A DNA stretch of 64,000 nucleotides. It comes from Adineta vaga (lineage: Eukaryota; Animalia; Rotifera). Below the pieces are notes generated by a model. It saw only the letters and a list, made by a program, of their open reading frames with translations. It did not search any database and had not been told where the DNA came from. This document shows, in pieces, positions 9,839 through 24,411 of the stretch. The stretch covers positions 13,454,001 to 13,518,000 of the forward strand of contig CP075495.1 of NCBI GenBank assembly GCA_021613535.1, written 5' to 3'. How positions within the stretch are numbered: the first letter of the stretch is position 1; each line of letters starts with the position of its first letter. The translations under genes and the position numbers were made by a program.

Positions 9839-12800
9839 TTATAATTGTTCGGTTGTTACCAATGGTGCTGAACCAGATGATCTTCCTTGTAAAAATATAT
9901 AAATATCAGCAAATGACGGACGATATTGAGCATCACGTTGCCAACATTCGCACATCATATCATAGATTTCTTTTGAACATAATTCGGGTTGAGGTAATGA
10001 AATAAGAGGAATGATCGATGGTTGTCCCTGAGAAAGTGAAGCAAATTGTTGAACAAGTTGTTCATTTGTTAATGCATGATAAGGACGTTCTCGAGCATAA
10101 GTATATAATTCATAAAGTGTAACACCAAATGACCAAACATCTGATTTAAGTGAAAATTGATTGAGAAATATTGTTTCCCATGCAGCCCATCGTAAAGAAA
10201 TACGTGATTGTAAACGACCAACACGTGCATAATCATTGGCATAGTCGGATTTGATCATTGCTATATCTGTTATATGTATTTGAAAATTGGCGGTTGATAT
10301 TAAACAATTTCTTGCTGCTAGATCACGATGAATAATAGAATTTGATGCTAAATATTTCATTCCTGATGCTATTTGACAAGCTAATGATAGTAGAAAACTT
10401 GATGCTGAACAATTATCCATCGGTATCGATTGTTGACGAAGATATTGATATAAATCAAGTGAATAATATTCAAATATCGCAACTGTTCGTTGATTATTTA
10501 AAACACCTAATAATGAACATACATGAGAATCATTAATGAGTGATAATAGTTCAATTTCTTTCCAAAATAATGATCTAAATCAAATGAATTATTAATTTCA
10601 AATAGATATTTCAACAAATAAACTTACTTTTGTCTCTCATCTGTATTTTCATTTAGTGATTTAACAAGAACAGTTTGTTTTTCATTAGTAATCAATTTCA
10701 TTTCAGCTATATGAATACTTCCAAATAGACCATCACCAATTTTCTCCATTATATTTATATCATCTGAATTGATTTCTTTTATTGCTGTTAACTGATTATC
10801 AATCATCGAATTTAATTTCATCATTAAACTATTTCCACAACTACTTTCAATAGAAGAAAATTCTTCAGCGTGTGGGGGTAATATGCGATTCGCATTGATT
10901 GGTATCGGTGGTTGACAATGTTGCATAGTTAAATATTGTTGATGAATACAACAATGTTGTGATGGAAGTGGTTTTAATGTTGGATAACAATTTACATTTG
11001 GTGGACGAACTAATCGAGGACTACATGTATATGATGACGTAGATGATAATGGTGTGATATATTTTTTATGATGATTTAAATGTGGACTATGAGTAAATGT
11101 TGAATAGAAATTAATATCAGGTATGGCATATTCACGATCATCAATAGCACTCGTCATTGGTGCATTTAAATCATGAAATTCACGTATAGGTAAAGTTGGA
11201 TAAGTATAACACGAAGAATTATTACATGGTTTTTCTGTTAATTTTTGAAATTGAAGTTTTTTCTTTCGTCGTATAAGCCATACTAATGAAACAATAAGAA
11301 GTAGACCAATTGCTAAAGATGCTCCAATAAAAAATGCTAAAGATAATTCTGTAGTAATTAAATTTGAAAAATGTGTAGATGGTAATGATTTTGTTGTTGT
11401 TTCAATTGATGATGTCGTTTGTAAAACATCACGATTACGTTTACGTTGATCTGTAACCATTTTCATTGAATCAGATAAAAGTTGTTGTTTCGGAAGAAGA
11501 TCTGTAAATGATGAATCATCAAGAAGTTTATTTACAATTTTTTCATTATATATTTGTGAATCAAATGTTATTTCACTAATTAATAACCATTTCGAATCAA
11601 AATATAAATCTAATCGTACATATTTCGCAATATGATTATTTAATTGAATTAATATAGGACGAGCAATTTCATAATATTCATCACGAATTTGTTCGGATAT
11701 AATTGCATTTGTATAACTTGTTCGTTCACCAGTTAAAGAAAATGTAACTACAGCTGTTTTAAAAAGTGATATTTGTTTTGAAAAAACATTATTTGTATGA
11801 ATTGTAACACGATTCATTTGACGAATATAATCAAATTGAAATATAATCGTTACATGTGTATTCGAATCATTTGACCAACCAACCCATGCTTGTCGACCAT
11901 CAATTGATGACATATCTTCTGTACCTGTAATACCATCAGATAATTGTCCAAGACCATCAATTAACATATTCGTTTCAGGTAGATATTTCCCATCGTAAGT
12001 ATCGTCACCTAATGAATTTATATCTGTTCGTCCTTGTGGCATTGTATATGAAACAATACCATCCGAAAATAAACAACCATAACTAAAGAATAATAATAAG
12101 AAGAAGAAGATGTAATAGGTTTATTTTAGATTGAAGTGAATATTACATACACTTCAATACGCATACAAACAGTTCGAGTTTGTTTACTAACAGGATAAAA
12201 ACGAAGTCGTCTAGCAACAATAGGTGGATCTAGAAATGAATGATAAATTTCATCTTTTAATCAAATATTTTATTGAAGAATTTTCACATACTTAATGGAC
12301 GAATTTCTCCCATATAAGTATTTTGATTAGCATGTATCCATGATGAATTCTTTTCATTACTATTAATGATTTGAGGTTTATATTCAATCCATGAGATTAA
12401 ATCACTATTATCAAGTTGATTTGATCGAGTATACATTAATATATAATAATCGGCATATTCTTTTCCTCGTCCATTATCAAATCTACCTTGTGTTTCCACT
12501 TGTGTTAAATAAGTTAGATTTCCGAAATCAATTTCTAACCATTCATTTGGTACTGGTGTTATTTGATTCAATGGACACCATGCTCCACCATACTGTTCAG
12601 TTCGAGCTCTAGAGAGACAAAATAGAAAAAGAATATATATAAATATATCTTTTTGTCATGCAATAGGATGCCTAAGGGATAGATTTCATATGTTATTCTT
12701 TCTCCATGTCATTTCTTCTTGCTTGTTATGCAGAAATTACATGTGATGTTCTCATCATCCATGTAAGAACAAGGTTCTTCTTCTGTCAAATGACAAGTGA

Positions 12801-13160
12801 ATGATGAGTAGTCATCATCAATGTCTTATTGTTGATGTAGTATTCAAGAGTAGATGAAAATCAATGATGTAATTCCATCTGTTGCGTGTAATATATAGAT
12901 GTTCACTTACCGACTAGCTTTTGGTCCAACACTATTGGAATCATAACTACTAGATGCAGATAATGCTAAATCAGATATCGAACCTGATTGCATACCTAAT
13001 GCTGTTTGACAACTAGATAGTTTTTCTATTGATTAAGAAAGACAAAATAAATATAAAGCAAACAAATAATATTAAATAGAAATTCTTTACTTAATTCGAG
13101 AGATGATATTGTTGAAATAGAGAATAAAACAAATGATAAGAATAATAATGTTTTCATCAT
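9839..13160 (-). CDS. DDR: Discoidin domain receptor-type tyrosine kinase; about 6 coding exons
   Basis: Signal peptide MMKTLLFLSFVLFSI. Discoidin domain (C..ALGMQSG.ISD..LSASSSY, GGAWCP, EWLEIDF, VETQGRF, CMRIEVYGC). DS-like domain (GLGQLSDG, WLLISEITF). TM segment, then kinase (GDGLFG, HRDLAARN, KSDVWSFGVTLYE). Confidence 0.92.
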
Positions 13161-16100
13161 GATCCTTTTTAGTTAGAATGTTAGGATTAAAAGACGAACA
13201 TATCTAGAAAAAAAAAAGAAGAAGCAAATTAGTTTGATTATGATGATGATCGTGTAAGAATAGAAGGAAATCGAAGAACCATTAGTAAAAGCCACAGGAT
13301 AGATAGGTAGGGGTGCATCATATGTATGGCTCCATTTAACCATCAATATAGAAGAAAAGGTTACTTGCATAATGTCAAACAAGAATAAAAATAAATATGA
13401 GTAAGTCTTGATGCAATAATATATTGAATATAGCATGAACATTTTTTTCTATTTATCTAAATATTATCGCTTGCTTTAGGGTTTAGTCGTTTCTTCTCTA
13501 AACTGAATCATAAAGAATTACTACTGCTCAATCCTTACTCTTTTTTTTCACTTAATTAGAAAACATGAAAAAGCTACATAAAAAAAAGAGAGAAAGAAAG
13601 ATGAAAAATGTCTGTGCAAGCGGGCATTTATCAACAGGGGTAATAACAATAAGCGTTATCGGAAAAATGTACGCACACACACATACGCATAAGTCAGGAC
13701 ATGCAATATGCTTGTGATTGAACTGATGCCGACATTGTTGCGGCTTTCTCTCGCTTGTCAATAAGACGGGCATATAAGCAATGTGAATAGACAAGGCAAA
13801 GAAAGAATATTTGTTGATCAATTGGAAAGTCACGTACAGCTCATCGCGACGATCGAAAGCAACAGTGTTATGTTATGTATTGCTCAAACAAATAAACAAT
13901 ATTTACACTAAGCGTAAAGAAAAGAGAAAAGAAGAAATGACAATTGATAGATAGAAAATAAAACTAAAGAAGAAAAAGATGTGAGAGCAGGTTCTGTTTA
14001 TATAAATTGTGTTTATAATCTATTTGATGTTTCAATGAACGCGATATGAATAAATAAAATACCTTGAAACAAACAAGCGGAAAGTTATTTTTCCTCTTGT
14101 TCTCTTTCAAAGACACACACACACAAACCGGAATTCATCTGTTTCATTTCATAGCTCATAGATACTTACTCAGTTCTTTCATGTTTAAAAATAGAAAAGA
14201 AAATGATGAAGAAGACACACAAAGAAGAGAGAGAGAGAGAAAGAAGCAAGAAGCAAGAAACAATGAGAGTGCATCACTATATAGGTGAAGAATGTTCGAC
14301 CATGCACGAAACTCGTTATTAAGTCGACATCTTCATCACCCACAGATTGATGACTACATCGTTTTATATATATATATGTATATATGTGCGTGTAGAGAGA
14401 TTGTCTAAACTAAAATATGATCGATGGTTGGTCATCGTTTTAATCTCTTCGTATTGCAGAATGATGTTGACTGGTCAGATGATCGATGCGCTATGAGTCG
14501 TTTTCATGCGTGTTGGATGAACTCAAATCGACATACAAAAGAAAAGGAAATATAAAAAGTCAATTTTATGATCATGTGGGAAAGGGAATAAGAAAACGAG
14601 AGGGAAAGGGTGAGTTAGAGAGAGACATACATACATCTATAGAAAAGAATGAAAAGATAGACAGACATATCATCGTCATGGTTGATTAGTAAGAATGCAG
14701 TAGTCTATATTTCAAAGTCGATAGACACGCTTACATATGATAAGTCTTACATCATTGTCATATTATGTGTATGTGTAACTTTATAATTAGATGAACATGA
14801 ATATGAGAAGAGATATATGAATAAGATGAACAACATAAAAAAGATGATCACTGACAAGAGAAGAAAAGAAATCTTTACGTACGTGCGTGTGTGTGAACAA
14901 CACTTCGACACGGTCGGTGATGGTAGTGGACGCACACTGCTTTCTTCTTCTTTTGGTCGATGAACATCTATGTTGGGTGTGCTTATTTCTTTTTTTCTTT
15001 TTCTTTTCGTCTCTCTCTCTCTCTCTCTCTGTTCTTCTTCTCTGCTTTGCGCTCACAACCATATACAATTAGTCGTCGATAATCGTCATCAGAACGACGA
15101 AGATAGAAAAGAAGAACATGAAGACGTATAGTAGGAGGATAATAACAGACACCATCAGCACCAACCGGAAAATGATGACTTGTAGCACATGAACATGAAA
15201 AAGAAGAAGAAGACGAAGACGATGATGTCGAAGAAGAGAAAGCAGTGATACTAACTGAGAGAATAACCTTTTTACTAGAAAAGGAATAGCAGCTCGTTGC
15301 TTTCCCATGATGACCGGCACATGTATGTATTTAGGCAAACAAATTGAATTTTGTCAATGAGAGAAATGGAGAAGACAAGATTATTCAAGCCGGAACAAAC
15401 AGACCTTGGCACGATCGAAAACTCTTCATATGCAAACATGAATAAAGAAAAAAGAAAGACAGGAAAAATGTTATTTTATGCAATGAAGTTTATCTTTTCT
15501 ATTATTTGAATATAGTTTTTTTGTATTAGTCAGTAACAAATATTTCTATAATAGTCAAAGCAAATGATGTTTGTTTGCGTCATAGGAGATAGTTTCGTTG
15601 ATTAGTAGTCTTATTGAAATTGACGGCGATGAGAAGACATCGACTATAGATCTAGTTGTCTCTTTTTTTTTTCTTTATTTATGTTCAGAGAATGATGTAA
15701 TCATGCATCATCTCGTTTTTCTATTTGTAAAGATTCACACATTTGTTCACTGCACCTGAATACAATTGAATATAATTGTAAGAAAAGAAACGATGATTTC
15801 ATTATAAGTCTTAGAGAAAAAAAGACGCAACCATAGATGACACTTACTTCTTAATTTTCCTGATTATCATTTCATATTTATCGATCTAGGATTCACGGTC
15901 AACTGTTTTTCGATTGTCTTATCTTTTGAAGTTCATGTCTACTCTTACAAATTAAAATGTTCATGAACCAAATTTTTGACGTGTGAATGTGCGACAAGGA
16001 AGAAAGAAATGGCCCAAAGCGGGTCAGCTGTTACTTACATACTGAATAAACTATACATATACACATATATCGAGTATTATTAGGCCATCTACAAACGAAG

Positions 16101-18253
16101 AGTATGAGAGAAAAGAGGCTGCTCAAGTGGGTAACTCGAGTGATAGAGAAAAAGAAGAAGAAGGATGATGACGATGGTGATGGTGATGACGACGATTGTT
16201 CTCACCGTTGTCGATCGACGAGCACCACTCTGACGACGATACTTAGTTGGTTGATTAAAAAAAAGAGCTTGCATGGCTAATACATATATAGAATGAATGG
16301 ACAAGCATCTACCTTATGAACAAAGGACATCGTCGCATGCAATTAGAACATGAGAAGTAGATGGACAGTCATGCATACGTATATAACGTTATAACAATGA
16401 ATGAACGGTATATGTATCGACATATATATATGGTATCAAGGAAAAACAATCAACTCACGACCTTTTACTAATTATAGAGTGAACCATCACTCAAGTGAAT
16501 TGATTATCTTTTAGTAAAGATATACGTTCATGTGAACATCATTCAATAAATAAATGAACATTCTTTCGACTTTATTTTCTCTTATCAGTAATAAAATTTG
16601 TATATATACAAATCTTCTCCGATAATAACCAGAAAGATAAAACAAAAAAAGAAAAGAAAAGAAAAGAAATAAAATTACGTTTTCTGCTATTCTGATTTGA
16701 CAGTCTCGTGCGTCTTGTGTAAAGAAAAGACGAGAATATTCATTATCTTAATAAAAATAAATTTGATTATTACAAATATATACGTGTATATAATCATGTA
16801 ATAATCAAGGAAAAGAAAAAATAAATTTATTTGATTGAACAGATGTTTTACCATCGTTTATTGAAATTTTCTCAAGTGCAATCTTACTATTGTATATAAT
16901 TAGAAGAAACAAACAATCATATTCGGCTTTAAAAAAAGAGAGACAGACAGAGGATTACTATACACTATATGTCGTTCATGCATGTGATCAGGGATGGATT
17001 ATATTTGGAGATTGGTTGATTAGTTATGACTGCTGCTAGGTATAGATATAGACTCTATTGAAAAAAAATCTGAAGTAGAGATACCTTTTCTTTATTTTTC
17101 TTTTTTTATGCTCATTCGTAGGTAGAAAATGGATGCTGTGGTCGTTTATTAGTAAGCCGGAGGCAATAAGCACTAAGCAAAAAAAAGAGGAGAATTATGA
17201 TCATTAGAGTAACAAGCAATCATCCTCACATATCTGTATGAATGTATTTCATTCATTTCTCACTTGAACAACTAACTCATGTGTTTGTCTTTGAAATACG
17301 CAGGCATCCTCTTCCGTTCATATATATATATATATATATAAATATTGCCTCCTATGTGCTCGATTTTTTTTTCTTTGAGCCGTCATTTTTCGTTGTTAAC
17401 GAGTAGACATTGGCATTAGATCGTTCAACTAACTAACTAATCAACTAATAACTAATTAACATAATCAATCAATGAAGCAAGGTTTTTCTATTCACATGTA
17501 TATGAACAACCTTGACATCGAAGTCAAGGTGGAATGACAAATTTTGTTTGTCATAATGTATGTACATATCTCTATAGCATCTATTGAGATTCGTGTCTTT
17601 CATCAATTTTAACTCTGAACAATTGAATTCAACTATTGAACAAATGCAAACATTGTATTTTAAAGAAGATCAACAAAATCTATCAAAAGTACACTTACTC
17701 ATATCGTCTTCAATTTGAATAGCTTCCATCTATCGATGATGATTTCAAGTTCTTTCTTTTTCACTCAAAAATCTATTGTTCATTCACCGTACAAACATCC
17801 GTCATCAGTTTGAATACAGACATGAGAGAAAGAGAAAATATATGCTCAAATTTCTTTCCTCTCTTTTCCTTTTTTTTCTATGCTGAGACAGAGGTCATCC
17901 AACTCGCATATATATCTCTTCTTCCGGAATAGTGATGTGTGCATGAGCGATGAACAAGTTGGCGACAACATCTGTTCAATGAAAAAAAAACTCGAACATA
18001 ACAGTCATATAACCGGTTATTGGTACTTTCGTTCCTTTTCTTGTGTTAACATACAAATTTATAAAATAAAGACGATACATTTATATGAACATCATCAAAA
18101 CATGAATAGATGATTAATAATAGATTGTTTGAATACATTTGTATCACAGAGAAGAAGAAGAAGAAAAAACACTGATTTGAAATCAAATTTTTAGAAAAGA
18201 AGTGAAACGTCATTGATACACTTTGTATGATTAGTTCAATGTCATTCAACCAG

Positions 18254-20524
18254 TTGTGACTCCATTCGTTGTTGTCATTGCTGAAGTAGTTGTGGGTGAT
18301 GTAGTTATTGTCGATAATAGCGTAGCTATAGAATAAAACAAAATACGCGCCATAAAAATATGTTATCATCTGTGCGTAGTTTTCGTATTTCTTCACAATG
18401 TTAATTCATCTACTGATAATTATAATTAGTCAAACTGTGAAAATCTTGTCTCTGAAAATTTGTAAAACTCATCTAACAAAATGCAATAATACAATACAAA
18501 AAAGTGACGCCGCATACATAATAATCGATCTATTCATTTTCGATGGTATTTTCATTAAAAGTTGCCGATTATCAAAACGATTTCCATATGACAAAAAATA
18601 AAATAATAAATGCTCTAAGATGTTATTCGAATGAACTAGTGAATATATTTATATATCCATTTCCCGTGTTTATAAAGAAGAACTATGATAATATGTTAGT
18701 TTTCGATATACAATTCTTTTCTTACTTGAAGTACTCTTTACATTTGTTCAATACTATTTTAATAAAGAATATTGAGAATCAACCTTGTTCTATGAAACTA
18801 GAGTCATTGGAATGGATAGTTGATATTAGAAAAACTTTTTTCGATAAGCAACGACTGACTTTTCTCTATTTCTTCTTTCATTTTAATAATTGCAGAAATC
18901 TTGAAGTAAACTCGCCACATATTCTAATGTGAAACACTCTCCTGCATTTAAGAAAAACTAATGAATACCTGATGTTGCAAGGACAGACATTGATGTTATA
19001 TCTGTGTGACTCATTCCAGTTGTAGCAGTTGAAGCACCATCTAAATATACATAGATATATCTTCTTCTTTTTTACATACATTCATCATACTCATTGAGTT
19101 GGATGTTGTGTCTGACATCCACGGCTTCGTTTCAGTTGGTGATCTGTTAGTCGAATATATTGTAATTGTCGTCATCGTTGCAGTCATAGATATACTAGTA
19201 GACCCTATCATACTTGTGAATGCTGCTCCTGTAGTTCCTGGCATACTTGTGACTGCTGTTCCCGTAGTTCCTGGCATACTTGTGACTGCTGTTCCTGTAG
19301 TTCCTATCATACTTGTGACTGCTGCTCCTGTAGATCCTGGCATACTTGTGACTGCTGTTCCTGTAGTTCCTGGCATACTTGTGACTGCTGTTCCCGTGGT
19401 TCCTGGCATACTTGTGATTGCTGTTCCTGTAGTTCCTATCATACTTGTGACTGCTGCTCCTGTAGATCCTGGCATACTTGTGACTGCTGTTCCTGTAGTT
19501 CCTGGCATGCTTGTGACTGCTGTTCCTGGCATATTTGTGACTGCTGTTCCTGTAGATCCTGGCATACTTGTGATGGCTGCTCCTGTAGTTCCTGACATGC
19601 TTGTAACTGCTGTTCCTGGCATATTTGTGACTGCTGTTCCTGTAGATCCTGGCATACTTGTGATGGCTGCTCCTGTAGTTCCTGTCATGCTTGTAACTGC
19701 TGTTCCTGGCATATTTGTGACTGCTGTTCCTGTAGATCCTGGCATACTTGTGATGGCTGCTCCTGTAGTTCCTGACATGCTTGTAACTGCTGTTCCTGGC
19801 ATATTTGTGACTGCTGTTCCTGTAGATCCTGGCATACTTGTGATGGCTGCTCCTGTAGTTCCTGACATGCTTGTAACTGCTGTTCCTGGCATATTTGTGA
19901 CTGCTGTTCCTGTAGATCCTGGCATACTTGTGACTGCTGTTCCCGTGGTTCCTGGCATGCTTGTAACTGCTGTTCCGATAGTTGCTGGGATACTTGTGAC
20001 GGTTGCTCCCATGGTTCCTGCATACGGTTGTGACTGCCCATGGTTCCTGGCATACTTGTGACTGCTGTTCCGTAGTTCCTGGCATACTTGTGACCGCTGT
20101 TCCGATAGTTGCTGGGATACTTGTGTGATGCTGTAGTAATTGTTGCAGTATGGTAGATGCTGTAGTAATTGTTGCAGTATTAGTCGATGCTGTAGTAATT
20201 GTTGCAGATTGGTAGATGCTGTAGCAGTTGTTATTCCTGTTGCAGTATTAGTCGATGCTGTTGCACCTGTGGCAGTGTTGGTGATACTGTAGTTACAGTT
20301 GTAGTGTACGTTGATGCTGTAGTCGCTGACGTAGTTGTTACCGCTGCTGCTGTTGTTGTTGTTGAGGTAGTGATTACTGTGGTAGTAGTTACTGTCGTGG
20401 TTACTGTTGTGTCTGTGTTAATACTGCTTTTTGTATATACAGGAATAAGTCCTAATACAATTACTACTGTGGCAAAGCCAGAAAACGCACCCACACCTAA
20501 TAATACAGTTTTTAATGCAACCAT
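18254..20524 (-). CDS. Mucin-like Thr/Ser/Met-rich tandem-repeat protein with N-terminal hydrophobic anchor; apparent frameshifts at ~20030-20285; 3' end uncertain
   Basis: N-terminal MVALKTVLLGVGAFSGFATVVIVLGLIPVY, then Thr runs and 11-aa repeats TAVTSMPGTTG. Further Thr-rich exons at ~18970-19040 and ~18254-18327 have GT/AG boundaries. Confidence 0.65.
19204..20125. repeat. Coding minisatellite: 33-bp unit with a 90-bp higher-order repeat (about 5 copies, 19501-19950)
   Basis: Unit cctggcatacttgtgactgctgttcctgtagtt. Lines 19561/19741 and 19621/19801 are identical, consistent with 90-nt periodicity. Confidence 0.95.
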
Positions 20525-23500
20525 CTGAAATTGATACTAGAATATTATATTCAAAGATTGAGGAAGATGGAAGTCGAGAAAAATGTTGTAAACGTTTCGA
20601 AAGTGATATTATTTGTTTTTCTAACATGTATAATGACATCATTTTTCATTCTCTGATTCTCTCTTTTCTCATCTATGAAAGATTCTTCCAGAAGAACAAA
20701 CATTGTGTGTTCCGTCAGCCGCACAATATCCTGCTTCATTAGGAGCCGAAAGGAGATTTTTAAAAGAAAATATCTGCAGAATGATAATTTTTTGACATTA
20801 ATAATACGTTTGCTTTCTCTTATTCGTTGTATGGGAAGAGGAGTTTTCTTTACCGACCAGTCGGATATTCTTTCATAACATTAGTATGTAATGACAGCAA
20901 AAAAGAACAGAAAAAATAGATTTAACAAGAAAAAAGATAGTTATTAAATTATTAAAGAAAAATTACAGCGAGCTCAGATGTCTATTCTAAATTTCATGAC
21001 ATATTCACCTTACTCTAAACGAGTACTCATATCTGGTTGCTAGCATGGACCGAGTACAACATCTTTTGCAATTTAGAATATCATTGCTTTTACGATAGAT
21101 ACCTGTTGACAGAAGATGACTAAAAGCCGTCGATAAAATTTTTATAATATTTAATTATGACTATTCTGTTTAGCTAACAGATAAAATAAAACGAAACAAA
21201 GTCATTATAGAAGTAAGCACAAATGAATATTCTTCAAAATAGAAAAGATTTATATTCAATATAAAACAACTTATAATAAGATTTATGGTCATTGTGCATC
21301 GTAGTTTTTTTTCATCTTTCTTATGATCGTTATGTTATAACAATTCGACTGATTTCATTCAATTTTCCGTTTGTTTGACAGGTTGATAACATGGAAAATA
21401 TTACAATTCATTTATCAATAATTAATCAGCACTCTTTCAGACATGCTATGAAAATTTTAGAAAATTTTAATGATTAAATATATTCATTATATTTTTGTAA
21501 AATTTAGAAATGTTCACACTATGGATAAGATATCATTAATGAACAATAAGTGTCGGATTCAATGAATATTCTGCTGGATCAAAGAAAAATTTTCACGTCA
21601 AGAATATCATATTATTCACCTGGTTAATATTAATATTCTCGAAGCTCATATATTAATAAAACAAACGAGTTTTTTAGAAAAAAACGTAGGATATAATGAG
21701 CTTTATTTGTCGTTTTACTTGTCAAACATAGTTCTTCTCAGGTGTTGCTAATGGTGATGTCTTTTCTGTCATATACATTCTTATGTGGAAATTAAAGTGA
21801 ATATAGAAATTTGTTGTTTTTGTCACTAACTACGAAATTCTTCGAAAATTCTATTAATTAATCTTATAAAATATCTCTTTAATACATTAAATTAGAAGAT
21901 GTAATGATATCAAAACTAAAATACAATTTACGGTAGATACTATTTTACTGTTTCTGTTTATTGTATTGTTTATTGAATGCTACTACAATTCTAAAAGTCG
22001 TTAAGATTTCTCCGGCAACTCGTCCGGCGCGTACATAGGAATTCATTTCTGCAACAATCGTTTGAGTTATTTACTAAAAATTAGGTTCTTTTTCATGCTC
22101 ACATTCAAATAATTGGCTTTTCTTTTCGTTTTAAACTTATCTTTGATAATAGAAATGAAGCACCAACACTCAATTTACTCTGGAATAATGATAATTAAAA
22201 TAAGTTTCCACTACGTAATAAATGCAAGAATCAGACTGCTGATAACAAAAAGGATAGCGAATAGTATGACGAAACTTGATATATTCCATTACTTCATTTC
22301 TGGTTTCATTTTTAAAAACGACTTTATCTTGAAACCAGGTTTACCAAACCCTCCTGATTTTAATTTTCCCTCATTTGACAATCGATGGCATTTTTCATAT
22401 TATAGAAACGTTAAGAAAAGAATGTACTGAGTATCTAAAGGATATCATAAGAAATAGGAAAACATTTTGCTTTTGATACCTTCTCGTCAACTATAAAGTC
22501 TTTTGATTAAAAAATAATTTTACACATTTACCAGTTGTTTGTATCAGAGATGTCTTAACTATTCATATAAAAACTATACAAATAAGCCTTGTGAGATTTT
22601 CATTTCTTCAAGTTTTTATTTAGTTATATGAAATTCTTTTATTGGTAAGCTGTCAAAACTTTATGATTCATTCTTTTACTGCCTGATTGAATCCAAGTGA
22701 TGCATTTTGTCTAGACTAACTCTCTCCGTCAAGTTCAAGTACCAAAAATGTAAAATTTCAAACAGAATTGAGTGATATATTACTGATAAAATCGTAACTA
22801 TCTTACCATGAGTATATGACAGAAATGTAAAGATGATCTTGGTAATCCGTTCTATAAAAAAATCAAACTTTATTGAATCTATTAGGCTATTCAAAGAAAT
22901 TATAGTTGTCGTTAGTGAGACGTGCATCTGCTTTCTGACAGTACACGATATCATTAGTTTAATATGAAATGTTAACAGTGAGTCAAAAGTTAAATCTCAT
23001 CTAGTAATAATTATGCAATAGCTCTTAAATTTCTAAAAATAACCTCGTGGTTTCTCAAATTTTGATTTGACAAGCCTAACTTTTATCGAAATTTTTTTTG
23101 TTGATAATTTTATATACATGGTTTTAATTCTTTTATTCCAGATAGAAATGCGTAAAATACTTTACGCATTTCCTTCTTCGATTATATCTCGTCTTTCTCT
23201 CTCTCTCTTTCTAATTCGATACATTCTCATACCATACAGAAATTTCTCTATTTGTTTCCTTTTTTCATATAGTAAATACGATATTTTGTTAAAAGAAATT
23301 GTCAATTTTTATTATTCACATAATTGTGTGTTTTGCTCATTATTTTCCATCAATTCATAAGAAACAAACAATCTGATTTAAATGTCAATATTTTTAATTG
23401 TATAAATATTGTTGAAAAGTTTTGATAATGATTTTAAACTTCATCATACATTTACGTCAATTCTTTCGAAGATGTTACTCTAATATCAGTAATGCATTAA

Positions 23501-23772
23501 CAGTTCTAACAACGTTTAAATACGATTCATGTGCGCAGTTTCAGATGGTAACAAACATTATTTGCATATCTCACTCATTGTGATTTAAATCGATATCTAC
23601 AAATAATATATTCCAGTTAATAACTTCATGATTATTTTGTTTTCTAATAAACTAAAGAGAGTAGAACCATAGGTTACCAATAGTTTATCCGTACTGAGTA
23701 ATCTTTAATAATGTCTAATATTCTGTTGTTTGTTATTGTATCGTACTTTTTATTATGTAATAGAAGAAAGAA

Positions 23773-24411
23773 ATGAATCGATTACTATCTTATTCTTTCC
23801 TTCTTTACATTACAATGTCTTTGTCAATGGGAGTAGCAAAAAAGAAACTATTATTTGAATTGTTCTTTTCAAATTATTATCTGTACGACAGATGTATTTA
23901 ATAATCGATGCCATAACGAACAAGCTAGAAATACAATGAAAATGATAGTTTAACGATCGTTCAGATGATTGATATTGAAGAAACAACGTTGAAAAATATT
24001 TTTTCAGGTATTTTCTAATCTTTATTTATTTTTCTATGTAATTAAACATCTTGTTGAATTTTAGAATCAGTCGAAAACAAATTTATCAATGAAATCTATT
24101 TATATATCGGTGCATGTACCATGATTCTAATTGTACTCTATTGTGTTATTAAAATGATTAAGAAATGTCAGAAAAAAGAACAAAGTATATCATAAAAATT
24201 ATCTATCTCCTTTTAAAAATATTTATTTATATCAGATACACAATCAACAACACCAATCATAAGCGTAACATCGATTCGAAGAAATTCATCCGTGCGAAAT
24301 TCATTAGTTCCTATTCGTCGAACAAGTCTGGATGTTCGATTTCTAATGGAAACACGAGCACGACGTTTATCGCAATCACATTTAATTCCAATAATATCCT
24401 TTGAAATTTAA
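23773..24411 (+). CDS. Small orphan single-pass membrane protein (4 predicted exons, roughly 140 aa); not in the ORF track
   Basis: Signal-like MNRLLSYSFLLYITMSLSMG, TM segment IYLYIGACTMILIVLYCVI, basic tail ending ...IISFEI*. Frame-compatible GT-AG junctions and AATAAA just after the stop. Confidence 0.55.

Noticed and set aside
15262-15290. U5 snRNA loop-like ccttttactag hairpin
   Set aside because: It lacks the exact U5 loop 1 context, the long stem and an Sm site.
13200-18000. Many short low-complexity ORFs upstream of DDR
   Set aside because: They derive from A/T runs and microsatellites (AG, CT, TA, GAC). The region is best read as the 5'UTR introns and regulatory region of DDR.
19099-20085. 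Long ORFs 19099..20061 (+), 19195..20085 (-) and 19685..20053 (-)
   Set aside because: Shadow frames of the 33-bp coding repeat, which lacks stops in several frames. Only the Thr-rich frame links to the N-terminal anchor and the downstream exons.
19204-20125. CRISPR-like array
   Set aside because: The repeats are contiguous with no unique spacers, are in-frame multiples of 3, and lie in a eukaryotic gene with no cas genes.
20030-20285. Cluster of frameshifts in the mucin-like gene (programmed frameshifting or pseudogene?)
   Set aside because: Several single-base deletions relative to neighbouring repeat units, packed into ~250 nt of repetitive DNA, look like unpolished long-read consensus errors. 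Raw reads are needed to decide.
21950-22950. Possible decayed hAT-type transposase (AH and RW fragments)
   Set aside because: The motifs are too short and wrongly spaced, and no terminal repeats were seen.
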